Of a stretch of 64,000 nucleotides of DNA, positions 18,104 to 28,350 are shown piece by piece. Below the pieces are notes generated by a model that was not told where the DNA came from, did not search any database, and saw only the letters and a program-made list of their open reading frames with translations. Each line of letters opens with the position of its first letter. The stretch's first letter is position 1. Origin of the DNA: an uncultured virus (IMG/VR IMGVR_UViG_2657245422_000003) (taxonomy: Duplodnaviria > Heunggongvirae > Uroviricota > Caudoviricetes). The translations under genes were made by a program, and so were the position numbers. The stretch covers positions 1-64,000 of the IMG/VR virus record IMGVR_UViG_2657245422_000003; one strand, 5' to 3'.

Positions 18104-18127
18104 GCCCGCCTTCAGGCGGGCTTTTTT
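18104..18127 (+). terminator. Intrinsic terminator
   Basis: GCCCGCC-TTCA-GGCGGGC-T6. Confidence 0.75.
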
Positions 18128-18307
18128 ACGCCATCAATAGGGCGCTTCAGAAAGAAAAGGTAAACATCATTTGAAGGCTGCGCATTTGCGTGGCCTTTTT
18201 CATTTCAGGCTCACGGGAATCATCATCGATACGGCTCGTTGTTAAATCAGCCCGATGGGCCTGACCCCCTACACGCACAAAGCACCCCGTTAATCCGGAG
18301 GTGGAGT

Positions 18308-18523
18308 ATGTATCGAATGGACAAGCTAACAACAGGTATTGCCTACGGAACGTCCGCAGGTAACGCGGGGTTCTGGATGTTGCAATTGCTCGACAAAGTA
18401 TCCCCATCCCAGTGGGCCGCTATTGGTGTTCTGGGAAGTCTGGTATTTGGCTTGCTGACATACCTGACGAATCTGTATTTCAAAATTAAAGAAGACCGGC
18501 GAAAAGCTGTGCGAGGTGAATAA
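18308..18523 (+). CDS. Class II (phage 21 S-type) holin with dual start
   Basis: [14 protein letters not shown]...[10 protein letters not shown]...[14 protein letters not shown]. Confidence 0.9.
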   Translation: MYRMDKLTTGIAYGTSAGNAGFWMLQLLDKVSPSQWAAIGVLGSLVFGLLTYLTNLYFKIKEDRRKAVRGE

Positions 18524-19020
18524 TGTCTCCGACACTACGTAAAAGCGTTCTTGCTGCAGTCGGCGGTGGAGCCTTTGCGATTGCCTCTGCACTCATTACT
18601 GGCCCGACGGGTAATGATGGGCTTGAGGGAGTGCGATACGAGCCTTATCAGGATGTGGTAGGTGTCTGGACGGTTTGTTACGGCCACACAGGTAAAGACA
18701 TCATGCTCGGCAAAACCTATACCGAGGCAGAGTGTCGGGCGCTACTAAATAAAGACCTGAATACCGTCGCCTGGCAGATCAACCCTTACATCAAAAAACC
18801 GATCCCAGAAACAATGCGTGGGGCTCTGTACTCATTTGCCTATAACGTCGGAGCCGGGAACTTCCAGACCTCTACTCTGCTTCGCAAAATCAACCAGGGT
18901 GACCAGAAAGGTGCGTGTGATCAGCTGCGCCGCTGGACCTATGCCAAAGGTAAGCAGTGGAAAGGACTTATTACCCGGAGGGAAATTGAGCGTGAAGTGT
19001 GTTTATGGGAGCAAAGATGA
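18523..19020 (+). CDS. SAR endolysin, GH24 lysozyme
   Basis: Ala/Gly-rich N-terminal anchor; EG...[19 protein letters not shown]. Confidence 0.92.
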   Translation: MSPTLRKSVLAAVGGGAFAIASALITGPTGNDGLEGVRYEPYQDVVGVWTVCYGHTGKDIMLGKTYTEAECRALLNKDLNTVAWQINPYIKKPIPETMRGALYSFAYNVGAGNFQTSTLLRKINQGDQKGACDQLRRWTYAKGKQWKGLITRREIEREVCLWEQR

Positions 19021-19367
19021 GTCGCTTAACCGCCGTTATCATCGCAATAGCAATCCTGCTAATGTCCTGTGCCATTTCATGGCGTATGGGATGGAGTTCC
19101 CACGCTGATCACATCAATGCTCAGGCTGCGAAGAAGAGAGAGAAGGCCGAGAATGCCATTAAGCCTGTAGAGGAAAAGGCCGCGACTGCTAACGAAGCGG
19201 GTAAGGTCATCTACAAAACAATAACCCGCGACGTGGTGAAATATGTTCAGTCTCCGAATCGTACTGTGTGTAGGTTTGATGATGCTGCTGTGCAGTTGCG
19301 TCAGCGCGCCATCGATGCTGCCAACTCCATCCCCGGATTTGATGAGTCCGCCGTGCAAAGCAAGTGA
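19017..19367 (+). CDS. Inner-membrane spanin (Rz-like)
   Basis: N-terminal TM then coiled-coil, follows endolysin. Confidence 0.75.
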   Translation: MSRLTAVIIAIAILLMSCAISWRMGWSSHADHINAQAAKKREKAENAIKPVEEKAATANEAGKVIYKTITRDVVKYVQSPNRTVCRFDDAAVQLRQRAIDAANSIPGFDESAVQSK

Positions 19368-19485
19368 CGCAGGGAATGACAGCGATGAAGATTTACAGTC
19401 TGATGTAGAAACCGCTCAATGCCTGCGCCAGCTCCGTTTGGATAAGTATCGCTGGCAGGCGTACTATCGGGCGGTGAGTAAGTAA
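19243..19485 (+). CDS. Outer-membrane spanin lipoprotein (Rz1-like)
   Basis: Overlaps Rz in another frame; lipobox LLCSC; Pro-rich. Confidence 0.7.
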   Translation: MFSLRIVLCVGLMMLLCSCVSAPSMLPTPSPDLMSPPCKASDAGNDSDEDLQSDVETAQCLRQLRLDKYRWQAYYRAVSK

Positions 19486-19634
19486 CAGGCATAGCACATG
19501 AAATAAGTGGCTTTAAGTGAACAAAAAATCTGAAAACAAGACATTCAAGCTTTCAGCATCGAAATGTTTGTATCTAATTCAGGGGATGTCATGCACTATA
19601 GGATCTCAAACCACTCTTAACTAAGTAGCCACTC

Positions 19635-19832
19635 ATGACAGTAAACTTACTACCACAACTACCATGCGGTTATCGTTACGGCATTGAGCGCTCGATCCGG
19701 CCCCAGACTGGTGCGGAATTTTTTCCGCCACAAGGGTGTGTTATCAAATCTGTTAACTTTGGGGATGGTGTGGTTATTTGTGTGCCCATCCAATGGTACA
19801 TTAAACAATTAGATTTATGGGTCACTGTCTAA
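19635..19832 (+). CDS. Hypothetical protein
   Basis: 65-aa ORF only. Confidence 0.3.
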   Translation: MTVNLLPQLPCGYRYGIERSIRPQTGAEFFPPQGCVIKSVNFGDGVVICVPIQWYIKQLDLWVTV

Positions 19833-20301
19833 GGAACCATCGAATAATATGTTAGTTACCAGCCTCGTTAGGGCGAACTGATAATTGCTCTCAAAAGACC
19901 AGCATAGAAGCCTGTTGCTCTGGTTGAATGTTCCGGCAAGTTGAAAATGATTGGTTCAATGAGCTCTTTCGATATTTAAATGCTATCGATAACTTAAATG
20001 AAGCTATCATCACGTTATCACTGCCAGCCAACACCGAAACGGCAGTGGTCAGTTAAAAAGCAGAAAAGCCTCTCTTGGGTGGCTCCTGAGAGATTTTAGT
20101 TTTCTAACTGGTACTAACCAAAGGTCGCATATCTATGCGGCCTTTTTTTTAGCCGGTTTCATGGCTTGAGGACATCCTGGACGAGAATATGTGACAAAAC
20201 CAATCAGGGGAAACAGGAATGCCCTGTGAGCGGATTTACGAATCGGTGCGAAAGTCTATCCCCTCTAAGGGATAAAAAAACGATATCCCTTTTAAGAGAT
20301 A

Positions 20302-20754
20302 ATGAGGAGAAGCAACTTGAAAACGTTGAAAGTCACTATTACAAACCTTCAACAGATTAATGATGGCATTGTCTGTGGGGTCAAAGTCAGATTTAAAGTC
20401 ATTCAGTCTGGTTGCGTGCTGGTCGAGAGGGTTATATCAGGCAAGGCTACCGCTCCGTTTACCTTATCTTATGATGTCAATGCGAATGATGAATCTCTGG
20501 TGGTGGAACATGATCGCCCAGACCTGCAGGAGCTTGTAGTCTCAGCGGCAATTTCCTCTGCAGAGTGTTATAAACCGGATAATACCCTGACCTCTGTCAG
20601 TGCTTGGAGCATTCAAACGCAGGGTAAGATATACGCTTCAGGTATGCAGCCAAACATTGATGAGGTATTCAAACGGTTAGATGCTGCTGAGGCACTACTA
20701 CACTTTATGGACTGTAAGATTGCGGAACTACAATTAAGATATCGAAATAAATAA
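20302..20754 (+). CDS. Hypothetical protein
   Basis: 150-aa ORF between lysis and packaging. Confidence 0.5.
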   Translation: MRRSNLKTLKVTITNLQQINDGIVCGVKVRFKVIQSGCVLVERVISGKATAPFTLSYDVNANDESLVVEHDRPDLQELVVSAAISSAECYKPDNTLTSVSAWSIQTQGKIYASGMQPNIDEVFKRLDAAEALLHFMDCKIAELQLRYRNK

Positions 20755-20792
20755 TAGATCGGCAGACAGCCTGTAACCGTCTGCCATAGCTA

Positions 20793-21017
20793 TTAAGGTC
20801 GATTATGGATATGTTGGATTTGCTTTAGCATCTCCAAGTTTTTCTGGTTGTATTCATCATCAATCTGCGAAAGTTGATGTATTACGACACCCTTCATATC
20901 CTGATCAAGGCAAACAAACATAGTTGCCAGAAGACCTTTGAGAGCTCTTATTTCTTTTGCTGCAGACTCCAGAGTTGAGCAATCCACCTCGATGTTATAT
21001 TTAATTTCTTCTTCCAT
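20793..21017 (-). CDS. Hypothetical protein (moron)
   Basis: 74 aa, AAGGA RBS, convergent with 20302-20754 across a hairpin. Confidence 0.55.
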   Translation of the reverse strand: MEEEIKYNIEVDCSTLESAAKEIRALKGLLATMFVCLDQDMKGVVIHQLSQIDDEYNQKNLEMLKQIQHIHNRP

Positions 21018-21195
21018 TTTAAAGTTCCTTAAGCAGAGCTAATCAGCCATTCCTCTGCAAGTACAATATTTAACTGTGTCCCACCACAGATAGGCTGAGC
21101 CGCAACCTTACACTCTGAGCTTTCACAGTAACACCCTGATATTTAACCAGTAGCCTCGCATCTGCGGGGCTTTTTTATTCGCAAAAGGTAACGCG

Positions 21196-21360
21196 ATGAA
21201 GAACTTAAAAATTGCATACGTAGACGAGAAGCTGGTGGCGATTGAGTGTGACGGATTGTCATGCTCATCGCTGCCCGTTTCAGAGTTTCCCATCGACAGT
21301 GCCGCTTTAACTCTTCTCCCTCAACTCATGCTCGAGGATGTTTATGCCGCCACGAGCTAA
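21196..21360 (+). CDS. 54-aa protein (below ORF-track cutoff)
   Basis: MKNLKIAYVDEKLVAIECDG...; AAGG RBS; similar to N-terminus of 21703-21981. Confidence 0.5.
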   Translation: MKNLKIAYVDEKLVAIECDGLSCSSLPVSEFPIDSAALTLLPQLMLEDVYAATS

Positions 21361-21706
21361 ACGACCTTGCCGGCACAGAGGATGCACGGCTGTGACCAAT
21401 GATGTCGGAGGATACTGTGAGATGCATAGGCAGCAACACGCTGGTGATGGCTGGCGTAACTATCAGCCCGGAAAAACTCGGCAGGAACGTGGTTATGGTC
21501 GACCGTGGGAAATTAAACGGGCCCGTATCATGAAGAGGGATAAATACCTTTGTCAGAACTGCAGGCGAGACGGTATTGCCACGAAAGCCTCAAGTGTCGA
21601 CCACATCATTCCTAAAGCTCATGGCGGTACCGATGATGACTTTAATCTGGAGTCATTGTGCTGGACCTGCCACAGCAAGAAAACAGCAACAGAGAGAACC
21701 CGATGA
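21344..21706 (+). CDS. Packaging-associated HNH endonuclease (helper)
   Basis: CQNC...VDHIIPK..GG.D...NLESLCWTCHSKKT, upstream of terS. Confidence 0.9.
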   Translation: MPPRAKRPCRHRGCTAVTNDVGGYCEMHRQQHAGDGWRNYQPGKTRQERGYGRPWEIKRARIMKRDKYLCQNCRRDGIATKASSVDHIIPKAHGGTDDDFNLESLCWTCHSKKTATERTR

Positions 21707-21981
21707 AGAGTTTCAAAATTGAATACGTTGATGGTGTTTTGACCGTTCTGGAGACGGATGGTCAGTCACGAATGAATGAAGCCGTACATGGCATCCATTT
21801 TGAGCATGTCCAGGGCGGCCGCCCACTGCTGAAACTGACGATTGCACATGATATTGCTCCGGCCCCTGTTTCATCACCTGTACTGGATCAGGAGCCTTTA
21901 GAGGGGGAGTTGGTGCAGGAACAACAGACAATGGTTCCCGGTGGTCGCCGTTCACGTCATCGTCGTGGAGGTAAGCAATGA
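21703..21981 (+). CDS. Hypothetical protein
   Basis: 92 aa, translationally coupled both sides. Confidence 0.6.
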   Translation: MKSFKIEYVDGVLTVLETDGQSRMNEAVHGIHFEHVQGGRPLLKLTIAHDIAPAPVSSPVLDQEPLEGELVQEQQTMVPGGRRSRHRRGGKQ

Positions 21982-22409
21982 TGTATCAACGCACGGATCT
22001 GACGCTTTCCATGTTCTATGCATCCAGCGCTGATGCAGACGGGAACAAAGTGGCTACGTTGACGATGCAGGTCATCGCTGCAGAGGCTGGGGCCGTCCAG
22101 ACCAGCCAGCTGCGATGTATCACCGATAGCGCGAAGAAAAAAACGTATAGCGTAGGTGAACAATCTGTCAGTAATGGTTCCGATCCGTTGCTGGTCGCGA
22201 TTGAGAATTACTGGCGTCAGAGTACGGATGTCGTCGTTAAAGGATTGATCGCCGAGGTGACCGACTTCATCGCAGGGAACATCAACTCAGTCAGCACCTG
22301 GATCGGTCAGTTTGGCATGAAGGTGTTCGAGAACCAGCCATTAGATGAACGGCTACCAGAAAGCGTACTGCAGGCCGATGGAGGCTCCGCTACCGAGACA
22401 GGATCCTGA
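21978..22409 (+). CDS. Hypothetical protein
   Basis: 143 aa, GGAGG RBS. Confidence 0.6.
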   Translation: MMYQRTDLTLSMFYASSADADGNKVATLTMQVIAAEAGAVQTSQLRCITDSAKKKTYSVGEQSVSNGSDPLLVAIENYWRQSTDVVVKGLIAEVTDFIAGNINSVSTWIGQFGMKVFENQPLDERLPESVLQADGGSATETGS

Positions 22410-22529
22410 TCGCCGGTATAACAACTGGTGTTCATTGAACGTCTGAGATACGCCGGCCCACCAATGCGAACCGTATTCGCCGCCGGCGCAGCCGGAATGA
22501 CGACCTCCACCTCGACAGAGGCAGCTGCA

Positions 22530-22630
22530 GCCAGGGGTAGGGGGGAGCAAATCCCTGACCCCTTTCGCGCTTCGGGACTGCCCGTTGAAGTCTATTTTTA
22601 CACGCCAGAAATAAGAAACTTTTTTCCGGA
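22530..22630 (+). other. Probable helper cos region
   Basis: G-run ... TTTTTAC ... T-run immediately upstream of terS; same layout as 36780-36865. Cut site not determinable. Confidence 0.4.
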
Positions 22631-22656
22631 AGGTTTCATCTATCAAAGGAACGTTT

Positions 22657-23091
22657 ATGGCCGGAGGAATTCGATCGTCCGGTGGTGGCCGAAAACCCAC
22701 TTTACCCACCGGGCAAAAAAGCAAATTAACACGTATTGCGCCCCCCGCTGAGTTAATGGGGGAGGCGGCAATAAGAATGTGGAAGACGCAAAGCAAAATA
22801 CTCATCGACCGAGGAGTGTTTGAGCTGGAGGACGCACCTTTGTTGCTGGCTTACTGCAATGCTTTTCATCTGATGCTCGAAGCCGAAAAAATGCTGGCCA
22901 GCGGACTGACCTCAGAAAGTGAAATGGGGGGCCTGAAAAAACACCCTGCAGTTAATGTCCGGAATGACTCGGTTTCCCAGCTTGCCCGCCTGGGCTCTCT
23001 GTTGGGGTTAGATCCGCTCAGTCGTCTTCGCATGACCAGCGGACAAAAGGATCCGGACGATGACGGGAATGAATTCGATGAGTTTGACTGA
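22657..23091 (+). CDS. terS: Terminase small subunit (P27 family), helper
   Basis: [22 protein letters not shown]. Confidence 0.9.
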   Translation: MAGGIRSSGGGRKPTLPTGQKSKLTRIAPPAELMGEAAIRMWKTQSKILIDRGVFELEDAPLLLAYCNAFHLMLEAEKMLASGLTSESEMGGLKKHPAVNVRNDSVSQLARLGSLLGLDPLSRLRMTSGQKDPDDDGNEFDEFD

Positions 23092-23738
23092 TGGCAACCT
23101 ATCCGAACGTCAATGCAGCGAACCAGTATGCGCGGGATATCGTTGGCGGGAAGATTCTGGCGTGTCAGTTAACGATACTTGCCTGTCAGCGACATCTGGA
23201 CGACCTCGAACGAGCCAAGGATCCCCACTGGCCCTACCGCTTCGATAAAAACAAAGCAGAACGATTTCTTCGTTTTGCCCAGAAAATGCCTCATACCTCA
23301 GGGGAATGGGCCCGGCGTAAACTCCGGATTGAATTTGAAGCCTGGCAGAAGTTCGCTCTTGGCGTACCGTTTGGATGGGTACACAAGAAGACAGGCCTGC
23401 GTCGTTTCTCTGAAATCTATATCGAGGTGCCCAGGAAGAACGGGAAATCCGCTATTGCCGCTGCTGTAGGAAATTATATGTTTTGTGCAGATGGCGAGCA
23501 TGGTGCAGAAGTCTATTGCGGCGCCACGACTGAAAAACAGGCATGGAAGGTATTTTCTCCGGCGCTGCAAATGGTGAAAAAGCTGCCGGCATTGCGGCAA
23601 AAATTCTCGATAAAACCCTGGGCAAAAAAAATGACGCGCCCTGACGGTTCGGTTTTTGCGCCTGTGATCGGTGACCCGGGGGATGGTGATTCGCCATCAT
23701 GCGCCATCATTGATGAATATCACGAGCATACAACATAG
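23091..23738 (+). pseudogene. terL: Helper terminase large subunit, 5' part, interrupted at Walker B
   Basis: Walker [10 protein letters not shown]; ends [15 protein letters not shown] at the satellite left junction. Confidence 0.93.
23716..23734 (+). repeat. Satellite attL core
   Basis: AATATCACGAGCATACAAC; 17/19 identical to 39332-39350. Confidence 0.88.
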
Positions 23739-23852
23739 AGGTTTCAGAGGAACGGTAGTGTTCGTGATTGTTCGTTAACTTAATGAGAGTTATGGTTTTT
23801 TTTGATTTTGATGTTCGAGCATGATCGCATCCGTTTTCTCCGTTACGGGCCA

Positions 23853-23875
23853 CTGTGTATTGCAGTGTGTATTGC
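23853..23875 (+). repeat. Tandem integrase arm-type site (left)
   Basis: CTGTGTATTGCAGTGTGTATTGC; 21/23 identical to 39238-39260. Confidence 0.75.
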
Positions 23876-23900
23876 TTTTGTGTGAGCAGAGAGTGAGAAG

Positions 23901-25136
23901 ATGGCTGCAGAAAATAAACTTAGTGATAGGCAACTAAAAGCGCTACAGGGTAAATCGCAGACTAAGCAGCGGTTGATTTCAGACGGTCGCGGAATGTCGG
24001 CGAGAGTTAGCAAGAATGGGGCTGTGAGCTTTGTGATGTTCTACCGCTTGGGCGGTAGGGATACTTCCCCAATATGGCTGACGCTGGGCAAGTATCCTGC
24101 TATGTCATTGAAAATGGCACGAGATAAACGTGATGAATGTAGGGCTTGGCTTGCTGAAGGGATCGACCCACGTCACCGGATCGGCTTAATCACTGATGTG
24201 TCGGAAAGGCCAGTTACCGTAAAAGATGCGCTTGATTATTGGTTAGAGTATTACGCCAAGCCTAAGCGCAGAACTTGGGAGGTCTGTGAACAACGGTTTG
24301 CCCGATACATTTATGGTCGCCTGGGGGATGTACCTCTAACCCTGTGTAATGCAGCAATGTGGGTAAAGTGTTTTGATGAAGTGAGAAAAACAGCTCCGGT
24401 AGCTGCTGGTCATACATTCCGAGACGTAAAACAGGCGCTCAAGTTTTGCCGGGTACGCCGTTATGCTATCTCCAGCGAACTGGATGATTTTACCGTTATG
24501 GATATGGGGGAAAGGGCGCAAAAAAGGGATCGTGTACTCACAGCTGATGAAGTGCGGGACGTTTGGTATTGGGCGAATACTGAGGAAAACAATACCAAAT
24601 TATCACCAGTTAACAGGGTGACACTTGTCATAATGATCGTATTCGGTTGCCGTGGACGTGAATTGCGGGAGTCGCTCTGGAATGAATGGGACTTTAAAGA
24701 GTGGATTTGGACAGTGCCCAAAGAACACAGTAAGAATGGGCGCGAAATTATTCGCCCAATCCCCCCGCAAATCCGTCAATGGCTTGTAAACCTTCGTGCA
24801 ATTGCAGAGGAGGAGGGTACCGAGCGCCTACTTAATGGTGAATTTTCAAAACAGACAGTTATGAGCACGGTTGGTAGCCGTTTTTGGCGTAAGTTTAGGC
24901 ATGAAAAATCATGGTGCCTGCATGACCTTCGTAGAGTTCTTGCAACCAATCTAAATGACATGGGGGTTGATCCCCACGTTGTCGAACAGCTCTTGGGACA
25001 TACGCTACCGGGGGTTATGGGAATTTACAATCGTAGCCAATATCTGGCCGCAAAACATGATGCACTGACGAGATGGGTAGACTACCTGAATTCGTTGATC
25101 CGTTCAGATGCTAAGGAGGAAAGTTCCAATGTATAA
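23901..25136 (+). CDS. int: P4-like tyrosine integrase (satellite)
   Basis: DGRGM...LTLGKYPAMSL arm domain; FGCR, HDLRR, LLGH, YNRSQY. Confidence 0.95.
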   Translation: MAAENKLSDRQLKALQGKSQTKQRLISDGRGMSARVSKNGAVSFVMFYRLGGRDTSPIWLTLGKYPAMSLKMARDKRDECRAWLAEGIDPRHRIGLITDVSERPVTVKDALDYWLEYYAKPKRRTWEVCEQRFARYIYGRLGDVPLTLCNAAMWVKCFDEVRKTAPVAAGHTFRDVKQALKFCRVRRYAISSELDDFTVMDMGERAQKRDRVLTADEVRDVWYWANTEENNTKLSPVNRVTLVIMIVFGCRGRELRESLWNEWDFKEWIWTVPKEHSKNGREIIRPIPPQIRQWLVNLRAIAEEEGTERLLNGEFSKQTVMSTVGSRFWRKFRHEKSWCLHDLRRVLATNLNDMGVDPHVVEQLLGHTLPGVMGIYNRSQYLAAKHDALTRWVDYLNSLIRSDAKEESSNV

Positions 25137-25347
25137 ATTCATGAGTAAAGCAGAACTTGAACTGATACCAGATCTGGAACGTGTTATCCGAGAACAGGAA
25201 TGTTTTTGGATGACTGGTCTACCAAAATCTACTCGTGCTTTTATGGAGAAAAAGGGACAGTTTCCAAAGCATCTTGTGCTGGGCCCTAAAATTTGTGCTT
25301 GGCGACTCTCTGAAGTGCAAGAATGGATAAAGACCAGGGCACAGTAA
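25129..25347 (+). CDS. alpA: AlpA-family regulator/excisionase
   Basis: TGLPKST...KKGQFPK..LG...AWRLSEVQEWI. Confidence 0.85.
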   Translation: MYKFMSKAELELIPDLERVIREQECFWMTGLPKSTRAFMEKKGQFPKHLVLGPKICAWRLSEVQEWIKTRAQ

Positions 25348-25367
25348 ACCGACACTTTTCAAATCAC

Positions 25368-25393
25368 ACCCGCTTCTTCAGGCGGGTTTTTTT
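25368..25393 (+). terminator. Intrinsic terminator between the alpA genes
   Basis: ACCCGC...GCGGGT followed by T-run. Confidence 0.65.
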
Positions 25394-25409
25394 ATAGGAT
25401 TTTCTGCTG

Positions 25410-25649
25410 ATGAAAAAATTTATTGAACCAACCCCAGAGGAACGCCGGCAGTTACTAAACGAGTACGGTGTTCCATACGACCGTATTGTTCGTGAGAAAG
25501 AGCGTCGTGAGATTACTTCGCTTTGTAGATCGTCAGCGTGGGAGATGGAGCAGAATGAAGCATACCCGCAGCGACGCAAAATTGGTAAAGCAGGTGCAGG
25601 TTGGCTTCTTAGTGACCTGCTTTTCTGGCTAAGAACTCTTGAGAGGTAA
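25410..25649 (+). CDS. alpA: Second AlpA-family protein
   Basis: RIVREKERREITSLCRSSAWEME...YPQRRKIG...GWLLSDL. Confidence 0.8.
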   Translation: MKKFIEPTPEERRQLLNEYGVPYDRIVREKERREITSLCRSSAWEMEQNEAYPQRRKIGKAGAGWLLSDLLFWLRTLER

Positions 25650-25967
25650 TTTCTAGATGTTAAACCTTCAACCTACTGTAATTTATGAAGAAAAGGTGAA
25701 GGACTTCCAGTGAAAGATTGATCATCATGAAAAAATGGCAGTTGTTGATAAGGATGGTCTGGAGTAAATTATTACATTGATCGCTTTCTTTGTAAGAGAC
25801 ACTGTTTGGATTTAATCGCTCTGGCGAACAGAACTCGTTGGAAGGTAGTCAAAGTTTGAAAAAGGTTAAACTTGGTACTTCTGGTGTTGCATAAATCCTT
25901 TCTGAAATCCAAGTGTGGATAAAGGGGAGGAATAAAGTTTATTTAGACTTATTCGGGTGGGTAATAA

Positions 25968-26726
25968 ATGGACTATATAACTGAAGGCGTTTTAGATAAA
26001 GTAATTAATGATTTAACTTATAGAGCTAATAAAGCCAGAAAAGCAAGATTTTTAATCGGTGGTTCGATTATCCTCATTGCAACCATGCTTTCTGGGTTCA
26101 TCACTTATAGATTAACTGCTAATCAATCAGATAGTAGCCTTGCTAATACATTCATGGCTTTTAGAGATCGTTTAGTTGTCAGTGAAGATGGTGGTTTGAG
26201 AGGATTTATTAACAAAGAATTAGGCCAGGTTTATGAGAGTGAAAAAGATGTAGTTCGTTTGCGAGTAGAGAACGAAAGTTCAATACCATCTGAAAAAAAC
26301 AAAATTAACAATGACGGGAATGGTAGGCAGATCACACAAACCACTAATAAGAAAGAGGCTCTGGATAATGCAAGTAGGTTGGTTGATTTTTACACAAAAG
26401 TGGTTGCGGCGAATAACGGTAAACCAATAAATAAAACGGATGATACTTATAGTAATTTAATAAGCTCCATAGCATTATCTGCAGGTATTGTAGGTTTTCT
26501 ACTCTATATACTTCAGATTGCTGTAAGTTTTATAAGATATTATTCTAGGCTTGCAGAGTTGTATGACTCACAAAAAACAGCTTTAATTGCTTCTGATGGT
26601 AATGTCGAATCCGCAGAGATTTTAATGAAGATATTATCTAATGACCATATTGGATTAGGGAAGGAACCTACTACCTTATATGGAAAAGCATTAGATGTGA
26701 TTGGTGAGGTAGCGAAGTCAAAATAA
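25968..26726 (+). CDS. AT-rich membrane protein (satellite cargo)
   Basis: 252 aa with two hydrophobic segments (FLIGGSIILIATMLSGFI; IALSAGIVGFLLYILQIAVSFI). Confidence 0.7.
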   Translation: MDYITEGVLDKVINDLTYRANKARKARFLIGGSIILIATMLSGFITYRLTANQSDSSLANTFMAFRDRLVVSEDGGLRGFINKELGQVYESEKDVVRLRVENESSIPSEKNKINNDGNGRQITQTTNKKEALDNASRLVDFYTKVVAANNGKPINKTDDTYSNLISSIALSAGIVGFLLYILQIAVSFIRYYSRLAELYDSQKTALIASDGNVESAEILMKILSNDHIGLGKEPTTLYGKALDVIGEVAKSK

Positions 26727-27141
26727 GATTTATTAAAAGGCGCGTTTTTAATGCGCCCTTCTATATTTATTGAGAATGAAAAACGAATTAATTTAATGAT
26801 GGTTTTATTTTATGGCGTATAATAGGGTTTTATTACTCAAGGCTTTCATATATAGCTTGTAGATAAATGTATGTCTGTGCCGTACTTTGAAATATGAGTA
26901 ACTGCATTTCGGGATTGCTCTTTCCTACTCCTATGAGTTGGGGGGTATAGACTGTGTAATATATTAGTGATCCGCGCAATTCGGTGTCGACATGAAATAT
27001 TGCATTCTCCCGCTTCACGATTGCGCGTCATGATGAAATCTACTGGTTCATATAGCACTGTCAGTATACAAGCATTCATGCTACCGCTGCTTTGGGAGAA
27101 AAATCGTATTTTATTATCACTTTCCTTGTAAAGAATGAGAA

Positions 27142-27312
27142 TCAACCCATGGGCTTGATACCGCGTGATTGCAATTCTTTTCGGATAATCCGTTTGATCC
27201 AGGTTGCAAGTGATGAGTCACCATCTTTGCGCATTTCTTCTTCAAGTTGTGCACGCAGTTCATGGGCTAAACGGATTTGGTACTGATCAGTTTTTGATTT
27301 TTGTGTTGACAT
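27142..27312 (-). CDS. 56-aa ribbon-helix-helix-like regulator (below ORF-track cutoff)
   Basis: MSTQKSKTDQYQIRLAHELRAQLEEEMRKDGDSSLATWIKRIIRKELQSRGIKPMG; divergent from icd operon. Confidence 0.7.
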   Translation of the reverse strand: MSTQKSKTDQYQIRLAHELRAQLEEEMRKDGDSSLATWIKRIIRKELQSRGIKPMG

Positions 27313-27357
27313 TGTAATTACAAAATTCCTATCATCGTCTCGTTTTTGTAATTACAA
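27306..27357 (+). promoter_or_regulatory. Satellite rightward promoter with two palindromic operators
   Basis: TTGACA 27306, TATCAT 27330; TTGTAATTACAA at 27312-27323 and 27346-27357. Confidence 0.7.
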
Positions 27358-27459
27358 CGTAACTTTCGTTTTTTTGCAACCATAAGAAACGACGAAGCCC
27401 CGATGTGCTCGAACACTATCGGGGCTTCTAACCACAAACCGTTAACTGGAGTAACGACT

Positions 27460-27738
27460 ATGGCTGGAACACAGCATACCCAAACTTACCCCAAATTTAC
27501 ATGGCTATTCTTGGCTACCCGAGAAGCGCTTTCTGAATGTTCACCTGTAGTCCTCAGATGTGATGCAGATTCGGAGGAGGATGCTCGAGCAATCTTCCCT
27601 GAGTGGCATCTAACCTTTGCAGCAAAAATCCGTACTGAAAGTCCCTATTCGTTTACATGGACCGACAAAAATCGAGCAACTCTCTGGTCAATAATGGGAG
27701 GCGAAATCAGCCTCCCTCTGGAGGCTCGAAATGTCTAA
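27460..27738 (+). CDS. Icd-like (Ash family) protein
   Basis: FTWLF...ADSEEDARA.FP.W.LTFAAKIR; preceded by GAAGCCCCGAT...ATCGGGGCTTC hairpin. Confidence 0.8.
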   Translation: MAGTQHTQTYPKFTWLFLATREALSECSPVVLRCDADSEEDARAIFPEWHLTFAAKIRTESPYSFTWTDKNRATLWSIMGGEISLPLEARNV

Positions 27739-27985
27739 GCCACAACTGGGCTATATCGCAGATCTAAAAAATCTTGAAGAGCATGAACAGGAGTTGCGTA
27801 CTGCCTCGCTTAGCGCTGCCCAAGCAAAAATCGTGGCGACTATGCTGGTGTGTTATCCCAACGTAATGGGGGACGGTGAAATTACCGCGATTGGCCAGTT
27901 ATTTGAGTCCCTGGCCACTAACCTCGATAGTTTCTTGAAAGCAGGATGCGAGCGTTTTGAAAGTTGTTCGGAGGTTCAGTCATGA
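27731..27985 (+). CDS. Hypothetical satellite protein
   Basis: 84 aa, coupled to neighbours. Confidence 0.6.
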   Translation: MSKPQLGYIADLKNLEEHEQELRTASLSAAQAKIVATMLVCYPNVMGDGEITAIGQLFESLATNLDSFLKAGCERFESCSEVQS

Positions 27986-28350
27986 TTAGCAACATCAAAT
28001 TCAATGAACTGGAAAAACGCTTTGATCTGCTGGTGGAGAAAGTCAACGTTCTTGAAGAAAAAGTAAGATCGCTGACTGATAGTCAGGGCGGTGAAATCCC
28101 ACCCGGTATGACTCCTGTCGCTACGCTGGCGGCTGAGTATGGCATTTCTACCAAAAAAGCGGAGGAACTGGCGAAAAATACGGGCGTTATGTTGGTTAAG
28201 CTGAAATCAGGTGGCTTTATTGTGCCTGACGAGAAATTCAGGGAAGCGGCCCGACTGGTTCTCCGTAGCGCAAAAAGAAAATACGGTTCGGCCTACTGGT
28301 TTCATCCGCTGATAGGCAAATTCCAAATGAGCGGAGGGATCCCGAAGTGA
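27982..28350 (+). CDS. Hypothetical satellite protein preceding primase
   Basis: 122 aa, N-terminal coiled coil, coupled to neighbours. Confidence 0.65.
   Translation: MISNIKFNELEKRFDLLVEKVNVLEEKVRSLTDSQGGEIPPGMTPVATLAAEYGISTKKAEELAKNTGVMLVKLKSGGFIVPDEKFREAARLVLRSAKRKYGSAYWFHPLIGKFQMSGGIPK

Noticed and set aside
17210..18300. tRNA genes or a toxin gene in the Q-lysis interval
   Set aside because: No cloverleaf with T-arm consensus and no long ORF seen.
23091..23738. terL as a decayed pseudogene
   Set aside because: Both halves are free of frameshifts and rejoin in frame; it is interrupted, not decayed.
23901..25136. Either integrase as the IntI for the attC
   Set aside because: Both have arm-binding N-termini and phage or satellite contexts; neither looks like IntI or has an adjacent attI/cassette array.
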